Source: the human T2T-CHM13v2.0 reference genome, Homo sapiens | Length of the DNA stretch: 64,000 bases | Reading direction: 5' to 3' (one strand) | Assembly (NCBI RefSeq): GCF_009914755.1 | Contig: NC_060932.1 | In this document: one piece after another, positions 44,695 to 56,760 of the stretch | How positions within the stretch are numbered: position 1 is the first letter of the stretch | How the letters are laid out: each line of letters opens with the position of its first letter | Position numbers and translations under genes: made by a program | Notes under the pieces: model-generated | What the model was told of the DNA's origin: nothing | Database searches by the model: none | The model's input: only the letters and a program-made list of their open reading frames with translations

Positions 44695-45111
44695 ATTCGG
44701 CCCTGGTTTAAACGCGGTACCGAGGCAGGGAGGCGGATACGGCCCTGGTTTAAACGCGGTACCGAGGCAGGGAGGCGGATACGGCCCTGGTTTAAACGCG
44801 GTACCGAGGCAGGGAGGCGGATACGGCCCTGGTTTAAACGCGGTACCGAGGCAGGGAGGCGGATACGGCCCTGGTTTAAACGCGGTACCGAGGCAGGGAG
44901 GCGGATACGGCCCTGGTTTAAACGCGGTACCGAGCCAGGGAGGCGGATACGGCCCTGGTTTAAACGCGGTACCGAGGCAGGGAGGCGGATACGGCCCTGG
45001 TTTAAACGCGGTACCGAGGCAGGGAGGCGGATACGGCCCTGGTTTAAACGCGGTACCGAGGCAGGGAGGTGGATATGGCCCTGGTTTAAGCAGTACCGAG
45101 GCAGGGAGGCT
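44695..45111. repeat. 42-bp CpG-rich minisatellite, 10 copies (last one diverged)
   Basis: ggccctggtttaa recurs every 42 nt from 44699 to 45077. Confidence 0.98.
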
Positions 45112-45444
45112 GCAAGGGGGAGTGGAGGACAGGAAGAGGCGGGCTGCAGCAGCGCGGCGTGACACTGTGTCTTTGCAACTGGATGCCCCACCAGAGCATC
45201 TTAGAAGAGGAGAAACAAGGGAAATTTCTATTACGGCTAATGTCACAAATGAAGAAAATGATCTAAGGTGCCTGGAAATAAAAATACATAAACAACTACA
45301 ATGAAGAGATTAAGAAGAGATTTTGCAAATAATTTAGCCTTTGTATTTTATAGTCGGTAGTGAAACGAATATACCATGAACTAGATGATTAATACAGTTG
45401 ACGTTAAACTTGGTTATTCCTGACAAGCAAACAAAAAGAAAAAC

Positions 45445-46010
45445 CACATATATATTTACATATACTTACATATATACATGTTAATATATACTTACATATG
45501 CTTATATATAAATATATATACACATATTAATATATAAATATATATTTGCTATTTCTGGCAGAGCAGAAAAGCTCATATATACATCTCATATATATTAGAT
45601 GTATACAAGATTATAATCATATGCATCTATATGTTTATATATACACCTATATATAAACATATATAGGTGTATTTATATATAAACATATATATTAACATGT
45701 ATATGAAATTTTACTTATGTATCCTTATATATACATGCTAAACATTAACATATAACAAATATATAACATATTAACTACATATTTTATAAATACAAATATA
45801 TAGTATATATAAAATATATAGTATGTGTGTAGGCAAATATACAGTATATATAAAACATGTAAGTTTACATGGTAATATATTTTATATATACATTTGCCTA
45901 CACACATGCATACATATACATTCTATATATACTGTATATCTAAGTTTACATATACATGTTAATATATTTTATATATACTATATATTTGCCTACACACATA
46001 CATGTATACT
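45445..46010. repeat. AT-rich (TA)n low-complexity tract with internal inverted repeats
   Basis: Directly visible. Confidence 0.9.
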
Positions 46011-47805
46011 TTTCCTTGGCTGACTAAAGTATTCACTATTTTGAGAAATAGTAAATAATAGTTATGCTACTTAATAAGTTGTTTTATAATACATACATCG
46101 ATTTCTTTTCAGACCAAACATTTTCAGTCAAATGCAAATAGGTCTTCTCTAGGCCTCGCGTAGCAATGGTGCCAGGTGTTTTGATGATGTTTTCCTTGGC
46201 TTTTTCACGTGCAAGGAGACATAAGAATATTCTTACACATCAAAGGATGCACAAGCAAGCCAGAGTTGCCATCTCATGTCTTTTCCTTAGGATCATTAAA
46301 AAGTATGCCTTCTCTAATACTTTCCAATCAACCCCACTGAAGTTCACGGCGATTTTAAAGAGTCACCAACACATCACTCTGACAAAGTTATAATCATCAT
46401 TTAAAAGAGGGAAATAGAAAGGTTTTGAGTGCCTCGAAAGAAGCCTGTAACTGTGTAAACATTCAGCTGCCATGTCACCTGTGAACGTTCTTGCCTCCTC
46501 CATAGTATCTATTTGATTATTACCTTTAAAGGAATTGATTCGGGCCACTGACGAACTCTGTGTAACATTATGCAGACTCGCGTGAGCCTAGGCAGGCACT
46601 GTCTTTAGGAATGCTCATCCAAAGCTTCCCACACACAGCCCAAGGTGCATATTCAGACCTGCTAAATGTTCCTTTCTGCTCTGCCAGAAATAGCTAATAT
46701 TTGGCTTAAAATTGTTCATCCTAATATTTGTTATGCCTTTTGAGTTTTAAAATAGCTGGCTTGGCTACATCCTTTTCTTTCAACTTCTATTCAGGATTAG
46801 TAGAAAAACACTTTGACACGTTTGGGGCGGAAGAGTGGTACAGGGAGGGGTGGTGCCTGAGACAGGCCTGGCAGGAGAGGAGTGTTGACTTGTTAAGAGA
46901 TGCTTCGCTCATCAAAGCCAAATGGTCCGCAGCGCAAAGTAGCACCGCTGTCTGCTGGAAGTTGTTGGTAGGTAACTAAGCTTTAAGTCAAAGAGCGACC
47001 CTAGAAAATGTCAGAACCCCAGCCCGAGATTGAGGACTGACCACAGGGAGCGGATCCTTTCGGGACGGACCGCGGGGGGCAGAGCCTCTCAGGGTCGGGA
47101 TGTGCAGGTGGCTTGTGACACAACCAGAAGGCACATAATACCGGAAATAACTTAACCTCAAAGCGTGTGGCCTGATTGCTGTGCTTGTGGGACCAGCAGT
47201 TTGGTGTCCCCAGAAACTTAGTCTCATTCACACCCACTGAGCCTGCCTCTGAATTTTAACTCCATCCAACCCCGGGGGGTGTGTGCCTGAGCAGGTGCCG
47301 GCGCACAGAGAGCTGCCCCAGGCCACACGGGGCACCGAAGTTCCTATCCAATGGACGCCGGATGCCAGAGCCACAGAGCTGTGTGAATTTAAAAGACGGC
47401 AATTTCACAAGGAAAGAGGCCCTGCATGAGTTTGCTGGGGGAAAGGGAATGGCATGGCACAACCATTGACTTTTTTTTTTTATTATAAACACCTTATCGT
47501 CTCTGAATGTTCAGTGGATTCAGATGCAACCACCTCCCCAACCAAAAGAGAACAGAAGACAAAACCAAACCCTGACCCTGCCAGGCTGTGCCCGTCCGGC
47601 CCCAGCATGTGGTCTGGGTGAGCCCAAAGGACGGGTGTGTTGTTGCCGAGGAGAGGAGGGGGGCACGGGAAGGCGATGCCTGCTCTCAGGCAGCCTCTGC
47701 CACAGTGGCCGGCCATGTTCCTCCTTCATCCCCCGGGAGATGTGACCAGGACCACCCAGCTGCGGGCGAGGGAGGAGAAGCCACTCCGCTTCCCCCACAC
47801 CATCA

Positions 47806-48328
47806 GGCACAGCCGTGCCCGGCCCTACAGAAAGAGGGGCACAGCCATGACCGGCCCTACAGAAACAGGGGGCACAGCCATGCCCGGCCCTACAGAAAGA
47901 GGGGGCACAGTCATGCCCGGCCCTACAGAAAGGGGGCACAGCCATGCCCGGCCCTACAGAAAGAGGGGGCACAGCCATGCCCGGCCCTACAGAAAGAGGG
48001 GGCACAGCCTTACCCGGCCCTACAGAAAGAGGGGGCACAGCCTTACCCGGCCCTACAGAAAGAGGGGGCACAGCCATGTCCGGCCCTACAGAAAGAGGGG
48101 GCACAGCCATGCCTGGCACTACAGAAAGAGGGGGCACAGCCATGCCCGGCCCTACAGAAAGGGGGCACAGCCATGCCCGGCCCTACAGAAAGAGAGGGCA
48201 CACCCATGCCCGGCCCTACAGAAAGAGGGGGCACAGCCTTGCCCGGCCCTACAGAAAGAGGGGGCACAGCCATGCCCGGCACTACAGAAAGAGGGGCACA
48301 GCTGTGCCCAGCCCTACAGAAAGAGGGG
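47806..48328. repeat. ~33-bp minisatellite, ~16 copies
   Basis: ggcacagccatgcccggccctacagaaagaggg units. Confidence 0.97.
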
Positions 48329-48866
48329 ATGTTCTTAGGTTGGCGAAGACTTCTGGAAGCCAGGTAGGAACCACCCCTACAGCCTCTGAGCAGCCTCCCC
48401 TGCTGCTTGTCACCTGGCCTGGCCTGCCCTGAGGCTGCAGCTCCTGGCATCCCTCGACTGACTTCGGTGCAGAACGTGGCCTCCTTGCCAGGCACTTTAG
48501 TTATCCCCACCCACAGAGGCTGAGTTCGGGCTCCCAGCCGCTGGCCAGGGCCGCCCTCCTGGGGAGCTCCTCAAGTGCCTGGGGGGGCTTTGAGTGGCCA
48601 AGGCTGCCCTCGTGTGGCTGCAGAGAAGAACGGGCTCAGCCGCGCGGAGGGCAGCTGGGGGCCCCAGGTCCTGGCTCTGGGTGAGGAATCGCAGAGCTGT
48701 CCGTTCAGCATGCTCTTCACTGAGCATGCTGAGTGTGCACTGCTGAAACCATAAGCAAATCCAGTTGAATGTTGACCCACCAGAACCTCCTCTGACTCTT
48801 TTAAATCCCCACTGAATCAAGGGAGCCACACCTGGAAAAATCATTCAGATTTCAATGTAGGGAGCA

Positions 48867-49162
48867 AGCCGGGCATGGTGGCTCACCCTGTAATCCCAGC
48901 ACTTTGGGAAGCTGAGGCAAGAGGGTTGCTTGAGCCCAGGAGTTTGAGGCCACCCTGGGCAACACAGCCAGACCCCATTGCTACAAAATTAAAGAAATTA
49001 GCTGGGTGTAGTGACCTATGCCTGTGGTCCCAGCTACTTGGGAGGCTGAGCAGGCAGGATCCCTTCAGCCCAGGAGGTAGAGGCTGCAGTGAGCCATGAT
49101 CACACCTGTGCTCCAGCCTGGGCGACAGAGAAAGACCCTGTCTCAAAAATAACATAAATAAA
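48867..49162 (+). mobile_element. AluJ
   Basis: gcttgagcccaggagtttgagg (J-type); dimeric. Confidence 0.9.
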
Positions 49163-49793
49163 TGTAGGCAGCTGGTGGAAATCATGTATCTGTCAGGCAC
49201 TGGGCAGAGAAACCAAGCACGTCTCTGGGCCACTCGGCCCAGGGCTGCAGCCCAGCAGCGTCACCTGTGCCTCCTAAGTGTGGGCGCCGGTTGGTGAGAG
49301 CATCCTGTTCCTTGGCGCATTACATTTGTAAGGTGTCATCACCGTAAGAACGAGAGCTAAGAGCCGTCAGAGAACAAGCAGGTATAGAATGGGCTCCAAG
49401 CTGGTTCCCCACTGCCACCACCAGGCCAATACCACGGCAGGCTCACGGAGCCCTGTCCCTTCCGAATCATCCACAGGTGACCAAAAACACAGGCTCCTAC
49501 TGCTTTTATGAGCTGTGAAGCATTTAGAAACTCTCCCATCTGCCCCATTCCCAGCATTTTCAACGTGGAACAATGAACAGCTGTGCTACGTGTTTTTAGG
49601 CCGACAGCAAATACGTGTGCTAAAGTAAACTGTCATGGAAGCATGGCCTTCCCAAGTATCTGCCTCAGGCTGGAATTAGCCAGGCTTCTCCCTAATCCGC
49701 CTCTTGAAAGGCATGCGTGGGGAGGAGTGGCCTCCCCAGCCCTGTGCCCGCAGGAGACTCTCCTGGCTCTGAACACCCTGTGTGTGTCCCCAG

Positions 49794-49946
49794 GACCCCA
49801 GCGCCATGCCGAGGCCGACGTCGCAGGACCTGGCCGGCTACTGGGACATGCTGCAGCTCTCCATTGAGGACGTCAGCATGAAGTTCGACGAGCTGCAGCG
49901 GCTGCGGCTCAACGACTGGAAGATGATGGAGTCCCCGGAAAGAAAG
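49794..49946 (+). CDS. DLGAP2: DLGAP2 coding exon (153 nt, phase 0-0): DPSAMPRPTSQDLAGYWDMLQLSIEDVSMKFDEL...SPERK
   Basis: gtccccag|GAC...AGAAAG|gtaagg; DLAG(Y/F)WDMLQLSIED is the GH1 signature. Confidence 0.97.
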
Positions 49947-50874
49947 GTAAGGGCATCCATGCAGGGCCGGCTCCCAGCAAACCCCCTTTCTCACTGCACT
50001 AACGACCTGCTGCAGACAGAGCATGACAACGGGGTTCTCAGTCTTTTGCTGGCAACACACGAGCAAATTTCCCTCTATGTATGTGTGCACATGTGTATAC
50101 GCACATGTGTGTGCGTGTGTGTGCATGTGCCGAAAATGGGGCAGAATTGAAGCCTTGGGCATGGGTGGTAAATAATAGGGTCTCCCCTGCTCTGTCTCTT
50201 CTATATAAGCCTTTCAGAGAGACACTAGCCAAGATCACAAGCAAACCTGCAGCCTCATTCCTGACAGGGGTCTCACCTATGAATTATCTTTATCAAACTT
50301 GTTCTCATTGTGTAAATATTAAGCTGGCTTCCCACAGGGAAAGTTTTAGGCCTGGTTATGGACTATCTCCTATTCAATATACCTTCTAGTATGGCCACTA
50401 TAGGCAAGGCGACATTTTATACCTTATTGAACCGTTTGATGAATTAATCTTCCTGTAGATCCATCAGCCTCAACCCTTAAAATAGGCTGAAATTTGCCAT
50501 TAAATCTGAACCCTGGCATTTCACTTCTTCCGTGATGCTGTCATCAGAAGAACTAGTAGATAGTTCTGAGTTAGCAGCAAAGACATAGATTTCCTCACAC
50601 GTTTTAAAGACGTCCTGAGGAACCATAAATGGATTTTTCTAGACAAATGTTATTAATTAAAATGATAAAGAAAATCAAGTCAGCATCCTTTGGGGAAGTG
50701 GTGTTTGGTATCCAGCAAGGATGCACACCTGGGTCATGAGAACGAGAGCCAGATCTAGTGGTCATCATCATCGGCTCCTCCCAGAAGGTGCCCTGGCCAC
50801 TAGTGGAGTTCCAGGCCAGATGCAATGGATCCACAGGTTCCCTCTCATCCCAGACGACAGGGGAGTGAGGTGGG

Positions 50875-51740
50875 AGTGCACAGGGTCCACGTAAGCCATG
50901 CGTGGGACAGGTCCACATAAGCCATGCATGGGACTAGGCAGGTCCACTTAAACCATGTGTGGGACAGGTCCATGTAAGCCATGTGTGGGACTAGGCAGGT
51001 CCACGTAAGCCATGCATGGGACAGGTCCACGTAAGCCATGCGTGGGACTAGGCAGGTCCAAGTAAGCCATGCATGGGAGTAGGCTGGTCCACGTAAGCCA
51101 TGCATGGGACAGGTCCACGTAAGCCATGCGTGGGACTAGGCAGGTCCACGTAAGCCACACATGGGACAGGTCCATGTAAGCCATGCATGGGACTAGACAG
51201 GTCCAAGTAAGCCATGCATGGGACTAGACAGGTCCAAGTAAGCCATGCTTGGGACAGGTCCATGTAAGCCCTGCATGGGACTAGACAGGTCCAAGTAAGC
51301 CATGCGTGGGACAGGTCCATGTAAGCCATGCATGGGACTAGACAGGTCCAAGTAAGCCATGCGTGGGACAGGTCAGTGTAAGCCATGCATGGGACTAGGC
51401 AGGTCCACATAAGCCATGCATGGGACAGGTCCACATAAGCCATGTGTGGGACTAGACAAGTCCAAGTAAGCCATGTTTGGGACAGGTCTGTGTAAGCCAT
51501 GCATGGGACTAGGCAGGTCCACATAAGCCATGCAGGGGACAGGTCCATGTAAGCCATGTGTGGGACTAGGCAGGTCTGCGTAAGCCATGCATGGGACTAG
51601 ACAGGTCCCAGTAAGCCATGCATGGGACTAGGCAGGTCTGCATAAGCCATGCATGGGACAGGTCCACGTAAGCCATGCATGGGACTAGGCAGGTCCACAT
51701 AACCCATGTGTGGGACTAGACAGGTCCGTGTAAGCCACGG
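50875..51740. repeat. Minisatellite of 26-bp and 31-bp monomers (~30 units; often a 57-bp dimer)
   Basis: gggacaggtccacgtaagccatgcat / gggactaggcaggtccacgtaagccatgcat. Confidence 0.96.
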
Positions 51741-51929
51741 TTTGGATCTGAGGTGAAGGAGATGATCAGTGATGCTCCTGAGGGAGAAGGCTGTTCAAAC
51801 GGAACGTACTGAAGTTAGCCCAGGTGCACACGATGGTTCCGTCTAGTCTCCATTCTTTGGTCATTGAGAGCAAACGTGAGCCCATCTACCCAAGCTGCGC
51901 ATAGAGTATGATTCTCAAAATGGAAACGT

Positions 51930-52333
<404 letters not shown>

Positions 52334-53479
52334 AAAATGGAAATGGTTTCTCGCTGAGGGCAGAGCACGCCAGTCCAGAAAGCGAGCAGATCTCCAGCAC
52401 AGCAGAGGCTCCGTGCCTGAACAGGAGGCCCTGCCCCTCCTGAACACGGCGTCTTAAAAATTCCCTGGGATGGGCCCTGCACAGCATCTGCTGGACACTC
52501 CTACAGTGCCACACCCGCAGGCCTGGAAGCTCCTTTGATTGGGGAACCCCCACAGGAAATACTGATGTGTACGTCTCACAGGCTCACAGTTCAGGGGACA
52601 CCAAAAGAGGAAACAGATCCTCTTCTCTCCTTTTCTCTTGGCATCCCCTGAACTATGAGGACAGTTATGTGCTGAAAAAAGGAATAACTTGTTAAAGTAG
52701 CTGAAGGTTTCAATGAACTGATCCCCCCCATTGTTTTAGATGGATGCCAAGAAGTCAGGTAAGAGTCATTGCTTCTGGCCTAGTCATGTAAAACAAGCCG
52801 AGGGAACAAAGTTCCAGACACCAAAGCAGGCTTCTTGCCACAGGCCTCCTCCGTACTCACACAACTGCCTGTCTTCCCCCAATCTACAAGCACCTCTGGG
52901 CTCCCTTTGGAATTTTTCAGAGGCTGAAGAGAAAAAGACATGAGTGGAGTTTTCCTGTTTTTCTCCCCCAAAACTAGATATCTGCTTAGGAAAGTGGTTC
53001 TGACGCCTTCTGCCGTGTGCCCTTTCCTGGGAAGGAAACAGCTGGCTACGGAGAGTCCCTGTCATGGCTCTGTCCAGAAGGGGAGACGGGGCAGGTCCCA
53101 CTGTCTTTAGGAACAATGTGAATCGCAGAGTTAGGGACACAGACCTTTTGTGGGAACAAGTGCAAGCATTACCCTTTGCATGTGTTGCATAATTGTGAGA
53201 TTTATCTAAAACGGCATACACGTATTTTAGCGTGACTTATCTGAGAGTCTGAGCTAAGGGTGAGAAATACTTGCGTCTTTTTACAAAGCAGGCAAGTGAA
53301 TAGTGGTTTTATAAATATCGTCCACGTCAATGGGATTTTAGGCCAATTAGCGAATCGGGCCAGTGTTTCCCCGCACACCCATTCACGTAAGATGGTTTTC
53401 ATGAACATACTGGAATCCCAGAGTCTGCAGAAAACCCTGCAGTGTTGAATAGGGATGTCCAGCGATGGTGTCCAAAACC

Positions 53480-54260
53480 CTCGCGATGCTCGGAGATGAC
53501 ACAGGGCTTTGGGAAGCGCAGGAATCGGGCGACAATGTCAGACTAGCGCAGTGACTGCAGAGACGCAAGGTGCGAATCTGCAGAATTTCTTTCCTGATTT
53601 GTCCACGCTGCCCCTGACGCCTCTGCCCCCCTTGGAGAGTGCGTGGGAGCTTCCACAAATCCCATCCTGTGCAGAAGGCAGGCCTGTGGCCTGGGAGCCG
53701 GGGACCAGGGCAGACGGGGGACGGGAGTGAAGGATGCGGCCCTGGGGGCTGCGGTCGGGAAGGGTCAGGCCAGGCCCCAGGGCCGCTGAGCTCGCGAGCT
53801 GCTGGGACCCTCCTCCGAGCACCTGCCAACGGTGACTTGCGCTGCTTTTCAGGAAGAAAGAAAGGTCCCGCCTCCAATACCAAAGAAGCCTCCCAAGGGG
53901 AAGTTTCCCATCACAAGAGAAAAATCCCTGGACCTGCCCGACAGACAACGCCAGGAAGCCCGGAGGCGCCTCATGGCCGCCAAGCGAGCGGCGTCCTTCC
54001 GGCAGAATTCCGCCTCCGAGCGCGCGGACAGCATCGAGATCTACATCCCCGAGGCCCAGACCCGGCTCTGAGGGCGGAGGCCGGCGCCTTCCCCTCGTCG
54101 CTTCCGCTTTCCCGGACGCTTGTGCAGCGCGGCGCCGCCCTGGTGGTTTCTGTCTCCTCCTCCCGCTGAACACGTCCTCGCTCCCGCGCTCCCCGCGCCC
54201 CGGACACAGCGGGACGCGGCCGGCGGCCTCAGAGTCCACGGAGCTCGCAGCGAGGACGAC
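53480..54260. promoter_or_regulatory. CpG island over the terminal exon
   Basis: Visibly high GC and CpG density (e.g. cgggacgcggccggcggcc); not computed. Confidence 0.75.
53853..54071 (+). CDS. DLGAP2: DLGAP2 terminal coding segment EERKVPPPIPKKP...SIEIYIPEAQTRL*
   Basis: gctgcttttcag|GAA; TGA at 54069-54071; ADSIEIYIPEAQTRL is the conserved SAPAP C-terminus (Shank PDZ ligand). Confidence 0.98.
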   Translation, partial: EERKVPPPIPKKPPKGKFPITREKSLDLPDRQRQEARRRLMAAKRAASFRQNSASERADSIEIYIPEAQTRL

Positions 54261-56754
54261 TTCTGCTTTTGTTGTTGTTGTTGTTGTTCACGGGTGGCCT
54301 GGCTCACACTTGGCTCTGAGGGACAGGTGTGGCGAGACCTGATTTCTCCTGCGTGTTCTCAGAGGACGGCGAGAAATGCCTCTGGAGCTGGAACCCAGCT
54401 TACATTTTGTTATTTCTATTTTTATAAATTGTGTGATAATTAGAGGTAAGAATAACAAGTAACTATAAACGGGTGCATCCCACCACTCCCTGGAGGCATT
54501 AGACACCCAAGTGGAAGGTGCTACAACCTGAAGCGCAGGAAAGAAAGGCCCATTCCCCTCGCACAGCCGAGCTTTTACTCCCTGAGCACGGGCCGCTCCG
54601 CTCCCCTGCTCCTGTCTGTCTCGGACAGAAAACACGAGGCTCCTTGTGTCAAGCTTCCTGTGATGGAAAGCGACCTCTCCAACCACCACACTCCCCGCCG
54701 TACAGTTCTCCAGAATCCCAGGCGATGACAAGTCTGAACCCACGAAAATACCCAGCGCAGCATCTACACATTCAAAAGATAAGCTGAGTGTTCCCACCAG
54801 GAAGTCACGCGCAGAGAGGAGAGTCTTACGGAGGGCTGGGAGCTTAAAAGGAAAACAATGTCCTTACTTGTAAACAGTTATTGTATTTTTTATTTCTTTC
54901 TAACTTAAAATACGACACCCAGTATTTTCTTTAAGTTTCACCATTTACGCTACATGTGATTTTTTTAATGTATGTATATATATATATTCTCAAATTGCTC
55001 TATCAGCTGACTTTTCAGGGTATCCTTAAAAAAAAACACACACGAAAAACAAAAGTTTGCTTGTTTAAAATGACAGTTGTGATGTAAAAAGTTTAAGAAA
55101 TATGAATGTGAGTGGTAAGTATATCTCAGTTTAAATGGTAAAGAAGAAATGTAGTTTACATTTGTATTTTTCCAGAATTCTTTTGTCCTATGCAGTATTG
55201 CTAAAGTCGAGAATATATTCCTTGCCTGTGTTAGACATGAAGGGAAAAAGAGGTCACATATTGTGATTTCCAGCTGTAGCATTCAAAAAAAAAATTGGTG
55301 TTCATGACTCTGTGGTCGGTGCCAGAGGAAAATAGGAACGACTCTAATTAATAGGCTTTCTGTGTATATAATTAAATTTAGCTGCTGCAACCATTGTTCT
55401 GACACGACTTCTGTTTCACAGTTCAGACCGGTCTTCAAAGGAAAAGCCTGTCCGATTTTTCCATGGGTTCCAGTTTCAGAGTTCTCATTATTACTCAAAG
55501 TAAAAGCGGACTGCGATTTAAGATGTTTCCACCCCAATACCTGGTCTTCCTTCCCGGCTTAAGGAGTACCATGTACTTAGCCACAGGCAGAATAGCTTTC
55601 GATGACCCCATAGCACTTTGTTTCTTCGCCTTGATTTGCACTTTACAATGTCCCCAGCCCCTCTGCAGCCCGTGGCTGGCAGGGCGTTCGATGTGCGGTT
55701 GGCCCCCAGCGCGCCCTCCAGAGATGCGGTGTCTCCCTGCCTCATTCCCCACATCCCACTGAGCATGGGACCATTGGGAGCAGAGCTGATATTAAAGCAT
55801 GTTTAGCTTCGAAGTTTTACTTTTTTAAAGCTGAGTAGTTAAGAATTCCCTGTAAAAACAAAACCCTGTAAATTGAGCCTCATGTCTGGTATATATTTTA
55901 CCAAACAGCCTTAAAATATATTTGGAAGCAAAAATCAGTACGAATGTATCTCCTTGAAAAATGCAAAAAAAAAAAAATCCCTGAAATATTCTTCTATAAA
56001 TGAATCCTATTTCCCCAGAGTGTTCAAGGCATTTTTCTACCTAAATGAATACCTAAATCTTGAGTAGTGTACGGTAATGACGCTTCTTCCTATATCCACT
56101 CTTATTATGTTAAAACAAATGTATTTGCGAGTATTGGCATTTTAGACTTTAAAAATGCTGTATGATTTCAGATGAACTCTGCTGTTTAGAAGTAACCACA
56201 GAAAAGCAAAGTCAGTGTACACTCTGAGTGAAAGGAAATGTAATGTGGATAAAGGCCCGCCACCTCCTCACATTGGTCTATCTACTGGCAGCTGATACGT
56301 TTAACTCATTTCCTTGAGCTTATACAAAACATAGAAAAGCAAACTGTTAAAGTAGTCAATAATTATTTGTCTCAGATCCCAGATTCTATGATCCCTGCTT
56401 AAAAGAAAATGTTCACTGCATGTAGGTTGATTTCTTATGTTTTGTAGACTCATTGTTATTTTTCAATCCCCAAAAGTCTTGGCCTAAACCATCCCTAGGG
56501 GAGCAGATTAACCTACCACTACATTGCACAGGGTTGGTGACTCGACGTGGTGAATGTGCACACGCCCTGCCTGGTCCGCCATGTTCCAAAGAAGATGATT
56601 TAATGGTAGAACGGATACCTGCTGCTAGACCTGATGGAATGTTACCTGTCCGTGTTACATAATCAAGTGCAATATACTCAGTTCTCATGCAGGTGACATT
56701 CTACCATGAAACGCAGAAGATAAGCCATGTTTCTGTATTGTACATGTAAAGAAA

Positions 56755-56760
56755 AATAAA
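56755..56760 (+). terminator. Candidate proximal polyadenylation signal AATAAA
   Basis: Preceded by three TGTA elements (ctgtattgtacatgtaaag) and followed by GT-rich ttgtgttagt. Confidence 0.6.

Noticed and set aside
44602-45304. Long repetitive ORFs (GGGYGPGLNAVPRQ etc.) and PmeI/KpnI polylinker-like sites
   Set aside because: A 42-bp unit is a multiple of 3 and stop-free in several frames on both strands, so the ORFs are artefacts. The diverged edge copy blending into the flank argues for a natural VNTR, not vector sequence.
47520-48510. 200-260 aa repetitive ORFs on both strands
   Set aside because: Products of the ~33-bp VNTR; no splice or homology support
50875-51740. CRISPR-like appearance of ~26-33-bp arrays (also 47806-48328 and 61320-61620)
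   Set aside because: No unique spacers, no cas genes, and a human intronic context; these are head-to-tail minisatellites
54069-54077. Stop-codon readthrough masking the QTRL PDZ ligand
   Set aside because: Context is TGA GGG, not the TGA CTAG readthrough motif
53538-54239. 233-aa antisense ORF over the last exon
   Set aside because: GC-rich, stop-poor antisense frame of a coding exon and CpG island; no recognisable domain
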